Assembly (NCBI GenBank): GCA_964624405.1
Contig: CAZUXA010000004.1
Location: 70,572 to 134,571 of the forward strand
Reading direction: 5' to 3'
Length of the DNA: 64,000 bases
Origin: an uncultured bacterium
GTDB lineage: Bacteria > Fermentibacterota > Fermentibacteria > Fermentibacterales > JCC-6
Positions 19,038-29,750 of the stretch are shown here, in pieces (position 1 is the first letter of the stretch; each line of letters opens with the position of its first letter). The notes under the pieces are model-generated. The model saw nothing but the letters and a program-made list of their open reading frames with translations, ran no database searches and was not told where the DNA came from. A program made the translations under genes and the position numbers.

Positions 19038-21488
19038 TCAGGGAATGATGTTCACCAGGCTTCCGGGAACAACGATGACTCGGCGGGGAGAGTTCCCCCC
19101 GAGAATCTGTGTGACTCTTGGAGATGCGAGAGCAAGGGTTTCCAGCTCTTCCTTCCCGGCACCGGAGGGAACTGTTATCCGATCCCGGAGTTTTCCCTTG
19201 ATCTGAACCGCGATTTCCACGGTTTCCTGCTCCAGGTCATCTTCGCAAACCCCGGGCCAGCTGTTGTTGTGCACTGTTTCGCCGGGATACTCAAGCCTTT
19301 GCCAAAGCTCTTCGGCAATAAACGGCGCCATAGGTGCCAGCAGAACCAGAAAGTCCCGGCGGGCTCTGTTCCACTCCTCCTCAGCCGAGCCTGCCCGTTC
19401 CCGGATCGAGGCCATGAAGTTGATGAACTCCATCATGGAAGCCACGGCAGTGTTGAACTGGAACGAGTCAATATCTTCAGTGACTTTTTTCACGGTTTTC
19501 GCCAGATGGTGCCTGATCTCCTTTCGAAGCCTGGGAGCGGATTCAGCCGGGATTACAGGATGCTGGAAGAGGCTCCATATCCTTCTAACGAATCTGTATG
19601 TTCCGGAAATGCCCTCTTCGCTCCACTCAAGCTCCGCCTCGAAGGGACCCATGAAGAGAATGTAAAGCCGAAGCGCGTCCGCCCCGTACTTTTCCACCAC
19701 CTCATCCGGGGTCACCACATTGTTTCTGCTCTTGGACATTTTCTGGTGGTCATAACTGAGAAGCATTCCCTGATTCTTCAGGCAGGTGAACGGCTCTGAG
19801 AAATCCACCATTCCAGCGTCGTACATTACCTTGGTCCAGAATCTGGCGTAGATGAGATGCATCACCGCGTGTTCGGCTCCGCCCACATACATGTCTACGG
19901 GAAGCCACTTCCTGACCGCCTCGGGATCGAAGGGCCTGCGATTCTCATGGGGGGAGGCGAACCTCAGAAAATACCAGCTTGAACAGGCAAAACCGGCCAT
20001 GGTGCTGGTTTCCCTCTCCGCCGGGCCACCGCAGGCGGGGCATGTGGTTCCGACCCAGTCCACCGCCCTGGCCAGGGGGGACAGGCCCGAATCATCCGGT
20101 TCGAAGCTGTCCACATCAGGAAGCTCCACAGGCAGGTCTCTATCAGGAACCGCCCCGCATTTCCCGCAGTGTATTATTGGAATGGGCGCCCCCCAATAAC
20201 GCTGGCGGCTTACCAGCCAGTCCCTGATTCTGAAACGAACTTCCGGCTTTCCGAAAGACTTTTCCCTCGCGTACTCCGCCATGATCCTTCGGGCTTCATC
20301 CGAGGATAGACCTGAAAACCGCCCGCTGTTCATGAGAACCCCATCGGCTTCAACCGCCGCGTCGTCGACTCCCCGGGGAACGCCTCCCGGCGCGATCACC
20401 TCCAGAATGGGGAGGTTGAATCGCTTCGCGAAGTCATGGTCTCTCTGATCATGGCCGGGGACCGCCATGATCGCCGCGGTTCCATAGCCTCCCAGAACAT
20501 AGTCCGCAACCCAGAGAGGCACTTTTTCTCCGGTGAACGGGTTCAGGGCGCAAGACCCGGTGAATACACCGGTTTTCTCACGACCGGTATCGGCCTGCCT
20601 TTCGGTATCACTTCTGGAAGAAACCGCCTTCAGGTACTCCTTCACCTCCCCTGTCATCTGGGTAGTGGTAACAGCAAGCAGATCAGGGTGTTCCGGAGCC
20701 ATAACGCAGAAGGTAGCGCCGAATATGGTATCAATTCTGGTGGTGTAGACCGGCATCTCCAGGGTTCTTCCTCCGGGCAGAACGACAGGAAAAACCACCT
20801 CGGCTCCTTCCGATCTGCCGATCCAGTTACGCTGCATGGCCTTTATTCCCTCTGGCCAGTCCAGGCCTTCAAGGTCGTCCAAAAGCCTTTGGGCATAATC
20901 GGTTATCCTGAAGTACCACTGGGGAAGCCTCTTCTTGGTCACACCGCCACCGCAACGCCAGCATACGCCACCGGCGGCCTCCTCGTTGGAAAGAACTATT
21001 CTGCAGGCGGGGCAGTACATCTGATGGCCGTCGCTCTGGTAGGCCAGACCCCGGTCGAACAGAAGATTGAAAAAGTACTGGGTCCAGCGATAGTAATCGG
21101 GATGACTCGAGTTGATTTCCCGGCTCCAGTCGTAACCCGCTTCAAAGAGCTTCATCTGCCTGCGATAGGTGTCGGTGTTTATTCGGGTAACCTCGGCGGG
21201 GTGTGTGCCTGTTTTTATGGCATACTCCTCCGCCGGCTGACCGAAGGCATCCCAGCCCATGGGATGGAGCACATTCACTCCGTCCATGCGCTTCTTCCTG
21301 GCGATTACATCTGTGGGGATGTAGTTTCTGCAATGCCCGACTGACAGCCCGGCACCGGACGGGTATGGAAAGTAGTCGAGGCAGTAGAAACAGGGCTTGT
21401 CGGGGTTTTCACCCGTGCGATACAGGTTCATCCGCTCCCAGGCCGGGGACCATTTGCTCTGCAGTGCTTTGAAGTCATAACTGTCCAA
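19038..21488 (-). CDS. leuS: leucine--tRNA ligase
   Basis: FPYPSG, HPMGWDAFG, QRNWIGRSEG, SRQRYWGAPIP, GGAEHAVMHL, KMSKS. Confidence 0.97.
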   Translation of the reverse strand: MDSYDFKALQSKWSPAWERMNLYRTGENPDKPCFYCLDYFPYPSGAGLSVGHCRNYIPTDVIARKKRMDGVNVLHPMGWDAFGQPAEEYAIKTGTHPAEVTRINTDTYRRQMKLFEAGYDWSREINSSHPDYYRWTQYFFNLLFDRGLAYQSDGHQMYCPACRIVLSNEEAAGGVCWRCGGGVTKKRLPQWYFRITDYAQRLLDDLEGLDWPEGIKAMQRNWIGRSEGAEVVFPVVLPGGRTLEMPVYTTRIDTIFGATFCVMAPEHPDLLAVTTTQMTGEVKEYLKAVSSRSDTERQADTGREKTGVFTGSCALNPFTGEKVPLWVADYVLGGYGTAAIMAVPGHDQRDHDFAKRFNLPILEVIAPGGVPRGVDDAAVEADGVLMNSGRFSGLSSDEARRIMAEYAREKSFGKPEVRFRIRDWLVSRQRYWGAPIPIIHCGKCGAVPDRDLPVELPDVDSFEPDDSGLSPLARAVDWVGTTCPACGGPAERETSTMAGFACSSWYFLRFASPHENRRPFDPEAVRKWLPVDMYVGGAEHAVMHLIYARFWTKVMYDAGMVDFSEPFTCLKNQGMLLSYDHQKMSKSRNNVVTPDEVVEKYGADALRLYILFMGPFEAELEWSEEGISGTYRFVRRIWSLFQHPVIPAESAPRLRKEIRHHLAKTVKKVTEDIDSFQFNTAVASMMEFINFMASIRERAGSAEEEWNRARRDFLVLLAPMAPFIAEELWQRLEYPGETVHNNSWPGVCEDDLEQETVEIAVQIKGKLRDRITVPSGAGKEELETLALASPRVTQILGGNSPRRVIVVPGSLVNIIP

Positions 21489-21537
21489 CCGGTTCCTCCG
21501 ATCGTGAAAACACCCTGGTGAATATACGAAATCGGCG

Positions 21538-24500
21538 CTATTCCAGGGCCGGAATCAGAACCCTGAGAGCTCCATTGGACTTCAACTCCAGGCGGCAGCC
21601 GTGCTCTTCCAGAAGTGCGGCGCTCACTCCGGTTTCCACCCTGAAATCAAGATGGTTTTCTACCAGGGATTTCAGAACTTCGGGAAGACCGGGAATGTTC
21701 GTTGATTCAAGGATGACCGGCAAATCAACAACCACCCATCCGTCTGCGTATTCCACGGTCAGCCGCTTGCCGGGTGACTCCGGCATGGAAAGAAGCCTTG
21801 CCAGGATTTCAGCCATCCACTCCGGCTCAATGACCACTTCCGGCAAGCCCTCCGATATCACCATGTCCGGCACCCGGACACCGGTTTTCTGAAGCATTCC
21901 CATGGCGTGGTGAAGACATTCCTCCAGTCTGGCGGGCCTTGTTGCCACAGCAGTGGAACCCGCGGCGAGCCGCAGCATGCCCAAAGCTTCCAGGGCTGTT
22001 CCCTGGTCCAGCATCAGTGTGTTCGCCAGACCCCGGAGTGGATCCCTGCCTTCAAGCAACTCCATGAGTGAGTCCAGTGAGAACCGTGATCTCCGGGCAT
22101 TGGTCAGCAAATAATTCACCAGTGACTCCATCAGATCAGTGTTCAGGTGTTTCGCCTTTTCCTCCGGCTCCCCACGGGAAGGATACCAGAGAATCCTGGA
22201 AGGTGATTCGCCGGACATGGCCAACCCCCGAACAGGGCCTTCGACTGGATGGAGCCATGTACAACTGCCCAGGGCCTGCAGTGAGGCCATGGCATCCTTC
22301 GGCGGGGGAGCCCCAAGAAACGCATCGACGGATGAGTACCCGCCCTCGGTCATTACCGTCTCAGGCCAGTTTGAGAACAGAACCCTTCCCTGAAAGTCGG
22401 TAATCATCATGAGCCCCCCGGGAATGCCGGTGATCTTCTCGAGTCTGGACGGAGTAAGTATGGAACTCATTCTGCCGGTAATCTTAAGAACCGACCTCCC
22501 AAGGGTTTCCAGGTTTGATGTTCGGTTCCCGCCGGCGAACTGAAAAACCAGTCTGTTTCCCTCGTGGGTGATTTCCGTTTCCCATTCCGGTTCACCCGGC
22601 CAGTTTTCCATAGGCGCCGAAGCGCTGCCAATCCGGTCAACCGACAACCTCACCGCGTCTGCGCCTGTGAGTTTGAGTGCCCCTTTCGCCCCCCTTCTGA
22701 GAACCTGTGCGGGGTCAGTGCTTTCGTAAACATCCATAAGAGCCCCCAGAAGGGTAAAGGTCAAGCCCGGAACCGCTGTTTCCCCGTCCTCGGGTAACGC
22801 CGAAGCGAGAAAGACGGACTCATCGGCGCCAATCCCTATTGCTCTTATCTTGACTATCTGCAGTCTGTAATCCTTCGTCTCTTCGCCTTCATCGAAAACC
22901 AGGGAACCCTGAACCATGGGTTCACCCCTGGAAAAACGCCCATTGATCTCTGAAATGCTCCCCAGTCCGGAAAGAAGCCCCTCAAGGCAGCGCTGCTGCT
23001 GCGCCACCGGAAGTGAGAAACCATCTTCACCGACAAGGATGGTCATGTCGTCATTCCAGAGTTGAATCTCTCCGGATTCGCTGAACACGAACGCGGGAAT
23101 CGGAAGCCTTCGGAAAAGCTCATCGAAATACCTGTCCCTTCCCCGAAGAAGGTAGGCAAGCTTTTCCGTTTCGCTGTGCTCTCTGTGCAGCATCAGCCCT
23201 GATGTAAGAAGCGCACCGGCAAGTTCTCCCACAGTCATCTCACGGTGCAGGGAGGCTTGGTCGGCCCCGTAGACCGCGAGGATGAAACCCATTGGATTTT
23301 CATCGCCGCCAAGGGGGACAATAGTGCCGCGCCTGAAAATGTCGGCGAGAACTCCCAGTTTGTCGCCGGTGAAGCTCTGACTCGGCCTGCCAAATCCGGG
23401 AAACGAGGGAAACCTCAGTTCATGAAAATCCGCTGTCGGCAAGCCTTCAGGCCAGGCGCCATCCTTGTCGAAAAGCACCAGGCCCGCGAAGGGGTCGTTG
23501 ATGTAAACCGCTATGGCATCGGATTCCAGAATCTCCCGAAGAAGCGCGGCGCTTCCTCTGTCAATCCTCCTCGCTCCCGGAAGCAGAGTGGTCAGGTCGG
23601 CCAGGTTTTCCAGGCTTCTGCCCAGCGCTTCCAGCCGGCTCATACCCTGCACCTGTTCAGTGATATCATCCACATAACCCATGATGTGGGTCACCGCTCC
23701 GGCATCATCCGTGATGGATTGAAGAGACAGTCTTACCACTCTCTCCTCACCGGTTCCTGATAACCAGATCATGTCACCGCTTATGGCGCCCTTTCCGGGG
23801 CGCGCCAAAAGGTTTTTATAGGATCTGTCCACCCATTTCAGCGGCTCATCTGGAAACACATCCCTGATGTGAACCCCCACAAGACTGTTGCTATGACCGG
23901 CTATCCGGGCCATGGCTCGATTGGTCAGAAGAACTCTTCCCTTTACATCAAACATCATTATGCCGGCTTCGCTGGCGCTGAAGATGGCCTGGTTCATCTT
24001 CTGAACCGCCCGAAGTCTCTTCTCGGTTTCCATGACTTCTGTTATGTCGTGAAAAAGCCCTACAATTCCGGAGCCGCCCCGAACAAGCATGCCGCGGTTC
24101 TTCCTGCCACCCGCGGGCAGAAACTCCACCTTGACCTGGTGGCCCATCATTACCGATTTTAAAACGCTGTTCCAGCTATAGAGAACCGGCTGGGGAAGAA
24201 CAGCGGCCACCTCGGAACCGATGCACACTCCGGGATCAAACCCGAACATTTCGCCCATTGCCCGATTGCAGTGCCTGAGTACGCCGGTATGATCCAGGGA
24301 GATAACACCGGCGGGAAGATCAGGGTAGACCGAGTCCATCTCCCCGGACACAGCCACGGCAATAAACACGCTTTCGGTAGAGTTTTCGCATGCTGTAACC
24401 AGCAGCCCATTCCGGGCATCCTCCCTTAGTGGGACGGACGGGTCGTCAAAAGCTTCCTGAAGAATTTCAGGGAGCAGGGGGCGCGGATCGGTAGTGCGTG

Positions 24501-24600
24501 ACAGAGTCTCTGGTGATACACCAAACATGCCGGCGCAGTCACCGGTAACGGTTACGCAGCCCGTAAGCCGGTTGCAGACAATTTTCACCCATCGGCTCAT
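21538..24600 (-). CDS. multi-PAS/GAF sensor protein with degenerate kinase-like C-terminus
   Basis: PAS-type signatures (LPAGVISLD..G.LRHCN, FHDITE, GYVDDITE, LPIPAFVF..G.I..WN); C-terminal HATPase-like remnant. Confidence 0.7.
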   Translation of the reverse strand: MSRWVKIVCNRLTGCVTVTGDCAGMFGVSPETLSRTTDPRPLLPEILQEAFDDPSVPLREDARNGLLVTACENSTESVFIAVAVSGEMDSVYPDLPAGVISLDHTGVLRHCNRAMGEMFGFDPGVCIGSEVAAVLPQPVLYSWNSVLKSVMMGHQVKVEFLPAGGRKNRGMLVRGGSGIVGLFHDITEVMETEKRLRAVQKMNQAIFSASEAGIMMFDVKGRVLLTNRAMARIAGHSNSLVGVHIRDVFPDEPLKWVDRSYKNLLARPGKGAISGDMIWLSGTGEERVVRLSLQSITDDAGAVTHIMGYVDDITEQVQGMSRLEALGRSLENLADLTTLLPGARRIDRGSAALLREILESDAIAVYINDPFAGLVLFDKDGAWPEGLPTADFHELRFPSFPGFGRPSQSFTGDKLGVLADIFRRGTIVPLGGDENPMGFILAVYGADQASLHREMTVGELAGALLTSGLMLHREHSETEKLAYLLRGRDRYFDELFRRLPIPAFVFSESGEIQLWNDDMTILVGEDGFSLPVAQQQRCLEGLLSGLGSISEINGRFSRGEPMVQGSLVFDEGEETKDYRLQIVKIRAIGIGADESVFLASALPEDGETAVPGLTFTLLGALMDVYESTDPAQVLRRGAKGALKLTGADAVRLSVDRIGSASAPMENWPGEPEWETEITHEGNRLVFQFAGGNRTSNLETLGRSVLKITGRMSSILTPSRLEKITGIPGGLMMITDFQGRVLFSNWPETVMTEGGYSSVDAFLGAPPPKDAMASLQALGSCTWLHPVEGPVRGLAMSGESPSRILWYPSRGEPEEKAKHLNTDLMESLVNYLLTNARRSRFSLDSLMELLEGRDPLRGLANTLMLDQGTALEALGMLRLAAGSTAVATRPARLEECLHHAMGMLQKTGVRVPDMVISEGLPEVVIEPEWMAEILARLLSMPESPGKRLTVEYADGWVVVDLPVILESTNIPGLPEVLKSLVENHLDFRVETGVSAALLEEHGCRLELKSNGALRVLIPALE

Positions 24601-24615
24601 GCTGACAGGGTTCCG

Positions 24616-25683
24616 TCAGAGCCTGAACACCGAACCAAGCACCAGTGATATGCTGTTGTCGTCCACACCGTCAGCCTGTTCATTGGGAAACGCATTGGTT
24701 CTGGTTCTTCCCTTCCAAAGGCAGCCTACGGACACTTCCAGGTTCTCTCCGCTTCGATATCCCCCGCCCAAGCCGAAACCAAGGCTGGTTCTTGTGGCTT
24801 GAAACCCCTCGACGAAAACAACCGACGTTCGAAGGTCGAAGCGACTGGTCACCGGAGTATCAATGAAAAGTTTGCCGATGAAATCGTTCGTGTCGAAGGG
24901 CCTCACAACCTCAGCCTCAAAACCTGTTCTGGTGTTGTTGATGTGGGGAGAAATCACGCTTCCGCCGAAGGCAACAGAAGAGTAATGGTAATCGCTCCCG
25001 GAAGAATAAACAACGCCCGCAGAGACAAGATCCGAGATGCTAGCCAGCCCGGCACGCCAACAGAATTCATTCGCCGACACCTCCCATTGGGAGGTGGAGT
25101 CCGCCCCCTGGAAAGTTCTGTCGCTGAAGGTGTAGTCATAATCAGCGGATACAGCCCGGACACCACCGGAGAACCCGGCGTACAACCCGCGATACACCAT
25201 TCCCGACAAACCGGCGACATACTCCCACCGGGTTCCGGAAACCCGGGCTATCTCGACGGATGTCAGCTGTGCGGTGTAGGGATCGATGGTGTTGTGTGTA
25301 CCGAAATAGTCGTAATCCGCCACCTTGGCAGCGCCAAGCGCCACCACCACCGGCCCGAGATGTGCGGCTGCGGCGGCTGTGGCTACACCGAGAACCTGGC
25401 CGCCCCGGTGAATTCTGAAATTGGCATCGTACACGGTTTCCGTCCACCGCTCAAATCCGCCGTCCACACTCAGGGCTTGTCCAGTGATCAGCCCGAGCGC
25501 TCCGGGGTTCATGAACAACCCGGCGGGGGTCGCAATCGGCTGTGCTTTAATGCCGCCAAGAACCGCTGATTCAGCGGTGAAGCCGCCGTTTGGACTGCCG
25601 TTGTTGAATGAATCGTAGTATCCAAAGCCAAGGGTTGTGCCCGATACGGCGAGGATAGCCAAAGAAAGGGTAAAACACTTCAT
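24616..25683 (-). CDS. outer-membrane beta-barrel, PorV/FadL-like
   Basis: Signal peptide; AESAVLGG...LFMNPGALG hatch motif; alternating beta strands; ends VFRL. Confidence 0.65.
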   Translation of the reverse strand: MKCFTLSLAILAVSGTTLGFGYYDSFNNGSPNGGFTAESAVLGGIKAQPIATPAGLFMNPGALGLITGQALSVDGGFERWTETVYDANFRIHRGGQVLGVATAAAAAHLGPVVVALGAAKVADYDYFGTHNTIDPYTAQLTSVEIARVSGTRWEYVAGLSGMVYRGLYAGFSGGVRAVSADYDYTFSDRTFQGADSTSQWEVSANEFCWRAGLASISDLVSAGVVYSSGSDYHYSSVAFGGSVISPHINNTRTGFEAEVVRPFDTNDFIGKLFIDTPVTSRFDLRTSVVFVEGFQATRTSLGFGLGGGYRSGENLEVSVGCLWKGRTRTNAFPNEQADGVDDNSISLVLGSVFRL

Positions 25684-25696
25684 GATTGTTCCAGTT

Positions 25697-26779
25697 CTAT
25701 GGGTTCCAGGTTAAGCCAGCCGTGAGGCCGGAATGAGTATCATTGACTGTGGCCTGCTGGGGATATCCCCCAAATACATCACCGGTGCGGCTCTCGTTGA
25801 TCCATGACACCGCGGTGTCGAAAACCAGGGTGCGGGAAACTTTCAGGCCGATCCCCATGCAAACCCCGGTGGCCTCCCTGCTGTCCGATCCCTGTGACTC
25901 GAACATGAAAACCGCCGCCCTTCCATAAAGGTCGTTTCCGGACAGCGGTGTACCACCGAACAGCCTGGCGGTAAACCTGGTGGAATCTCCGGGAAACTGC
26001 ATTTCCACCTCCGCCCCGAAAGAGGATTCCCAGGCGGTCATGTCCCCGATCGCAAACCCCAGCGACGCCCTTGGAGGGTACTTGTCCATGCCGTTTGTGT
26101 ACGCGGCGCCTATTCTGGCTCTGGAAGCAATCAGTGAGAGACCGACCCTGTAAGCCAGACCGCTTTCCTCCCAGGTTTCCACATCCACAAATGGGCTGTC
26201 CACTGAAGTATCTTGAAAGAAGTCCCAGGTTCCAGAGCCGAATCTGTAGCCCACCGAAGCCCCGGCATGCAGGCCTTCCAGCAGTCTGGCTCCCACTCCC
26301 GCGGATGACTCCCAGATGCTTCCGCTGTTGTTCTGCTGCTGAAAGACTACGACGGTATCGGGGCCTTGAAGTATGAAGTCATAGTACTCACCCTTGTAGG
26401 AGAAATCTGAAAGCCTGGAAATACCGACACCGCAACCGATTCCATCGGTGATGGGAAACGCGGCGGTCATTCCCGTCGAACCCAGCGCAATGGTGGACAC
26501 ATTGAAACGGCCAAAGGGAGTTTCAATGGACTCTTTGGAAAGCACCGGTCCCACACTCATCTGGATTCTCGGAGCTCTGAGAAGACCAAGGAAGGATGGG
26601 TTGAGCAACACCCCTGCTCCGCCAAGATCAACGGCTGTTACCCCACCCAGCGATGCGGTTACGGCATCCAGCCCCGCGAGACTGCTGCCGGTTCCAAAGG
26701 AGGCGGGATAGCCGTATCCCAGAAGGGCCCCGGGAAGAAGAACAAGGACAAGCCACAGAAATAGCGCCTTTTTATCCAT
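25697..26779 (-). CDS. outer-membrane beta-barrel, PorV/FadL-like (tandem paralog)
   Basis: Signal peptide; AVTASLGG...LLNPSFLG; C-terminal AGLTW strand. Confidence 0.65.
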   Translation of the reverse strand: MDKKALFLWLVLVLLPGALLGYGYPASFGTGSSLAGLDAVTASLGGVTAVDLGGAGVLLNPSFLGLLRAPRIQMSVGPVLSKESIETPFGRFNVSTIALGSTGMTAAFPITDGIGCGVGISRLSDFSYKGEYYDFILQGPDTVVVFQQQNNSGSIWESSAGVGARLLEGLHAGASVGYRFGSGTWDFFQDTSVDSPFVDVETWEESGLAYRVGLSLIASRARIGAAYTNGMDKYPPRASLGFAIGDMTAWESSFGAEVEMQFPGDSTRFTARLFGGTPLSGNDLYGRAAVFMFESQGSDSREATGVCMGIGLKVSRTLVFDTAVSWINESRTGDVFGGYPQQATVNDTHSGLTAGLTWNP

Positions 26780-26868
26780 AACAATTCTCCCTTTTCGTAA
26801 CAAAAACCCGCTCACACGCTTCTAATCATGTGGCTGCTCAGGGGAAGACTATCCGCAGGCTCGGATGA

Positions 26869-26901
26869 CCCGGGGCCGGGGAATCCTTCCCCGGCCCCGG
26901 G
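26869..26901 (-). terminator. GC-rich hairpin downstream of the oxidoreductase operon
   Basis: CCCGGGGCCGGGGAA-tcc-TTCCCCGGCCCCGGG, 15-bp perfect stem 5 bp past the stop at 26907; no clear U-tract. Confidence 0.55.
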
Positions 26902-26906
26902 CTGCC

Positions 26907-28346
26907 TCAGAAGGTGTTCTTAACGTAATCGTAACCTTTCTGAACCGCCGAGGCGTTCAGATCTATGATCTCCTGCTTCTTGCCCTTGAACACCGCGGAC
27001 AGCATGCTGACAACATCCTGGGGCTTGAACATCCCGGTGATGGCGGCGTATGCCCCGACGCTCACCATGCTCTGAATCCGGGTGTCGCCCAGTTCGTCCG
27101 CAAGCCCTGTGATGGGGACCGGAAAAACCCGAATATCGTTTCTTTGAGGTTCCACATCTATCAGGGTGCTGTTGTAAACCAGGGATCCGCCTGAAACAAG
27201 AGCTTTCTCGAACTTCTCCATGCTGGGGCGATTCATGGCGATGACCATGTTGGGCCTGACCGCTTCAGCGCCGCCTATGGTTCCGTCCTGAATGTTCACC
27301 GAGCAGTTGGCGGTACCACCTCTCATTTCAGGCCCGTAGCTTGGCAGCCAGGAAACGTTGTATCCGTACTCGAGGGCAACCTGAGCCAGAATCTGGCCGG
27401 TGGACATGATGCCCTGACCCCCGAAGCCCGCAACCCGGATGGACATCCGGGAGTACTCGGAAGACATCTCCCCCCGCTGGAAACCACCGGAAGATCCGTC
27501 GGTGAGGCCCAATCCGGCTTTAACCTGATCCGGGGCCAGCACGGGCATGGGACGAATAACCGGTGACGCCTCTTCACTGTTATCCCTGAAAACGCCCAGC
27601 GGGAAAATGGGAATCATATGCTCCTCGACCCACTTCATGCTGTCGACAGGGTTCTGTTTCCAGCCGCTTGGGCAGGTCGAAAGAACCTCCACGAACTGAA
27701 ATCCCTTGTGCTCCCTGGCGTTTTGAAACGCCTTGCGAACCGCGGCACGGGTTTTCCGTATGTTGGCGGGGTTATGCAGTGAAACCCTGGTCACGAAGGT
27801 CGGCGCCTTGAGCTGGGATATGATTTCCGACATCTGAATCGGGTAACCGTCGGAAGCCAGGTTTCTTCCATAGGGTGTTGTGGTTGTCTTCTGGCCTTCC
27901 AGGGTGGTGGGGGCCATCTGGCCGCCGGTCATGCCGTAAATCGCGTTGTTGACGAAAAACACCACCATGTTCTCGCCACGGTTTGCCGCCTGGAGGATAT
28001 TGTTTCCTCCGATCGCGGCCAGGTCGCCGTCGCCCTGGTAACTGACCACTATCTTGTCCGGGTTGGCCCGGCTTACCGCGGTTCCCACCGCCGGCGCCCT
28101 GCCGTGGGCCACCTGAAAGTGCCCCCCCTCAAAGTAGTAATAGGCGAAAACGCTGCAGCCCACCGGGCTGATTATGATGGTATCATCGATTATTTCAAGG
28201 TCTTCCATGGCTTCCGCTATGAGCTTGTGCAGAATGCCGTGACCACATCCGGGGCAGTAGTGGGTTCTGTCCTTTTCCGCTCCGGGTTTGTGCTTGTAAA
28301 CATCGAGGAATCCCGCGGGTTTTCTGAGAACGGTTTTCTTTTCCAT
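26907..28346 (-). CDS. 2-oxoacid:ferredoxin oxidoreductase beta-gamma fusion (VorA-like)
   Basis: YCPGCGH, GDGD..N TPP motif, YGMTGGQ; gamma domain AGFGGQG, SYGPEMRGG. Confidence 0.92.
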   Translation of the reverse strand: MEKKTVLRKPAGFLDVYKHKPGAEKDRTHYCPGCGHGILHKLIAEAMEDLEIIDDTIIISPVGCSVFAYYYFEGGHFQVAHGRAPAVGTAVSRANPDKIVVSYQGDGDLAAIGGNNILQAANRGENMVVFFVNNAIYGMTGGQMAPTTLEGQKTTTTPYGRNLASDGYPIQMSEIISQLKAPTFVTRVSLHNPANIRKTRAAVRKAFQNAREHKGFQFVEVLSTCPSGWKQNPVDSMKWVEEHMIPIFPLGVFRDNSEEASPVIRPMPVLAPDQVKAGLGLTDGSSGGFQRGEMSSEYSRMSIRVAGFGGQGIMSTGQILAQVALEYGYNVSWLPSYGPEMRGGTANCSVNIQDGTIGGAEAVRPNMVIAMNRPSMEKFEKALVSGGSLVYNSTLIDVEPQRNDIRVFPVPITGLADELGDTRIQSMVSVGAYAAITGMFKPQDVVSMLSAVFKGKKQEIIDLNASAVQKGYDYVKNTF

Positions 28347-28348
28347 GG

Positions 28349-29401
28349 CTACACCCCGTAAAGCTCGGAGATTCTTTTGAGAATCTCCTCTGCGGAAGGA
28401 ACATTGCCGCCCAGGCGGTAATAAAGGTCGCTTTTCAGTGTGCCCTCGAGGGCCAGGTTCACATCGTCAACCAATTGCCCTGTAGACAGTTCCACGGTGA
28501 GTACATTACGGATACCCCGTTCCGGAAGAGCCCGAATCTGCTTCTCCGGGAAGGGGAAGAGAGTGATGGGGCGAAGAAGACCAACCCTGGCGCCCCTTTC
28601 CCGGGCCATGTCCACAGTGTTCCGAAGCACTCTGCTTACGCATCCGTAGCCGATGACCACAGTTTCCGCATCATCCATCCGGTACTCCTCGAAGCGGACC
28701 TCTTTCCTCTTCGCCGTTTCGTACTTGGCAAGTAGAGACTTGTTCCAGTTCTCAAGGTCGTCATGGTCAAGGTAGATGGAGTTTATCAGATTCTTGTTGA
28801 GGGGATTGCCGTACACCGCCCACTGGGATCTGTCCGGTATCTCGGTGACGGGTTCGGGAATCTCCACCGCTTCCATCATCTGACCGATGACGCCGTCGGT
28901 AAGTACGAAGACCGGATTGCGGTACTCATCCGCAAGCTCAAAGGCAAGTTTTGTAAGATCGCACATCTCCTGGCAGCTGTTCGGGGCAAGGACAAGGTTG
29001 CGGTAGTTTCCGTGTCCTCCGCCCTTGACCACCTGGTTGTAGTCGCTTTGTTCCGGGCCGATATTGCCCAGCCCCGGCCCCCCCCGCATAATGTCAACGA
29101 TCACACAGGGAAGCGCGGCTCCCGCGCAGTAGGACAGACCCTCCATCTTCAGGCTGATACCCGGCCCGGAGCTTGCGGTCATGGTTCTTCTCCCGCTGCC
29201 CGCGGCACCGTACACCATGTTGATGGCGGCAATCTCGCTTTCCGCCTGAAGGAAGGTTCTGTTCAGCTTGGGAAAGAGAGTCGCCGCCATTTCAGCTATT
29301 TCGCTGGCGGGGGTGATGGGATAGCCGTAGTAGGCGGTGCAGCCCGCCATTACAGCTCCGTACACCGACGCATGGTTGCCCTTCATCAGCAGTCTCGCCA
29401 T
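28349..29401 (-). CDS. vorB: 2-oxoacid:ferredoxin oxidoreductase alpha subunit (3-methyl-2-oxobutanoate dehydrogenase VorB-like)
   Basis: [25 protein letters not shown]. Confidence 0.88.
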   Translation of the reverse strand: MARLLMKGNHASVYGAVMAGCTAYYGYPITPASEIAEMAATLFPKLNRTFLQAESEIAAINMVYGAAGSGRRTMTASSGPGISLKMEGLSYCAGAALPCVIVDIMRGGPGLGNIGPEQSDYNQVVKGGGHGNYRNLVLAPNSCQEMCDLTKLAFELADEYRNPVFVLTDGVIGQMMEAVEIPEPVTEIPDRSQWAVYGNPLNKNLINSIYLDHDDLENWNKSLLAKYETAKRKEVRFEEYRMDDAETVVIGYGCVSRVLRNTVDMARERGARVGLLRPITLFPFPEKQIRALPERGIRNVLTVELSTGQLVDDVNLALEGTLKSDLYYRLGGNVPSAEEILKRISELYGV

Positions 29402-29402
29402 G

Positions 29403-29642
29403 CTACGCCTCCTTTCGGGGCTGGTGGTCTTTGAGGTACACTGTCATGGCGCCGGGTTCCGGGCAGTTGTAGAAGCAGTTGCCGCAACCTATACAGCCTT
29501 CTCCGATGTAGGCAGAGTAATGGTATCCCTTGGAGTTCAGCTTCTCGGAGATGACTAGCACCTTCTTCGGGCATGAGGCGACACAGAGGCCGCAACCCTT
29601 GCATTCGTCCGAGTTGATCTCGGGACACGGATAACTGGTCAC
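29403..29642 (-). CDS. 2x[4Fe-4S] ferredoxin (delta subunit)
   Basis: [12 protein letters not shown] and [13 protein letters not shown]; GTG start after GGAGG. Confidence 0.9.
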   Translation of the reverse strand: MTSYPCPEINSDECKGCGLCVASCPKKVLVISEKLNSKGYHYSAYIGEGCIGCGNCFYNCPEPGAMTVYLKDHQPRKEA

Positions 29643-29750
29643 TTTGAAGACCTCCCTATGTTGTGGAAATCGGGATGCAAAAACCCAACATGAAAACTCA
29701 AGTTCGCATAAGATGACAGGGCTTCGCCGGCAAGTCAACTCAAATCCGGG

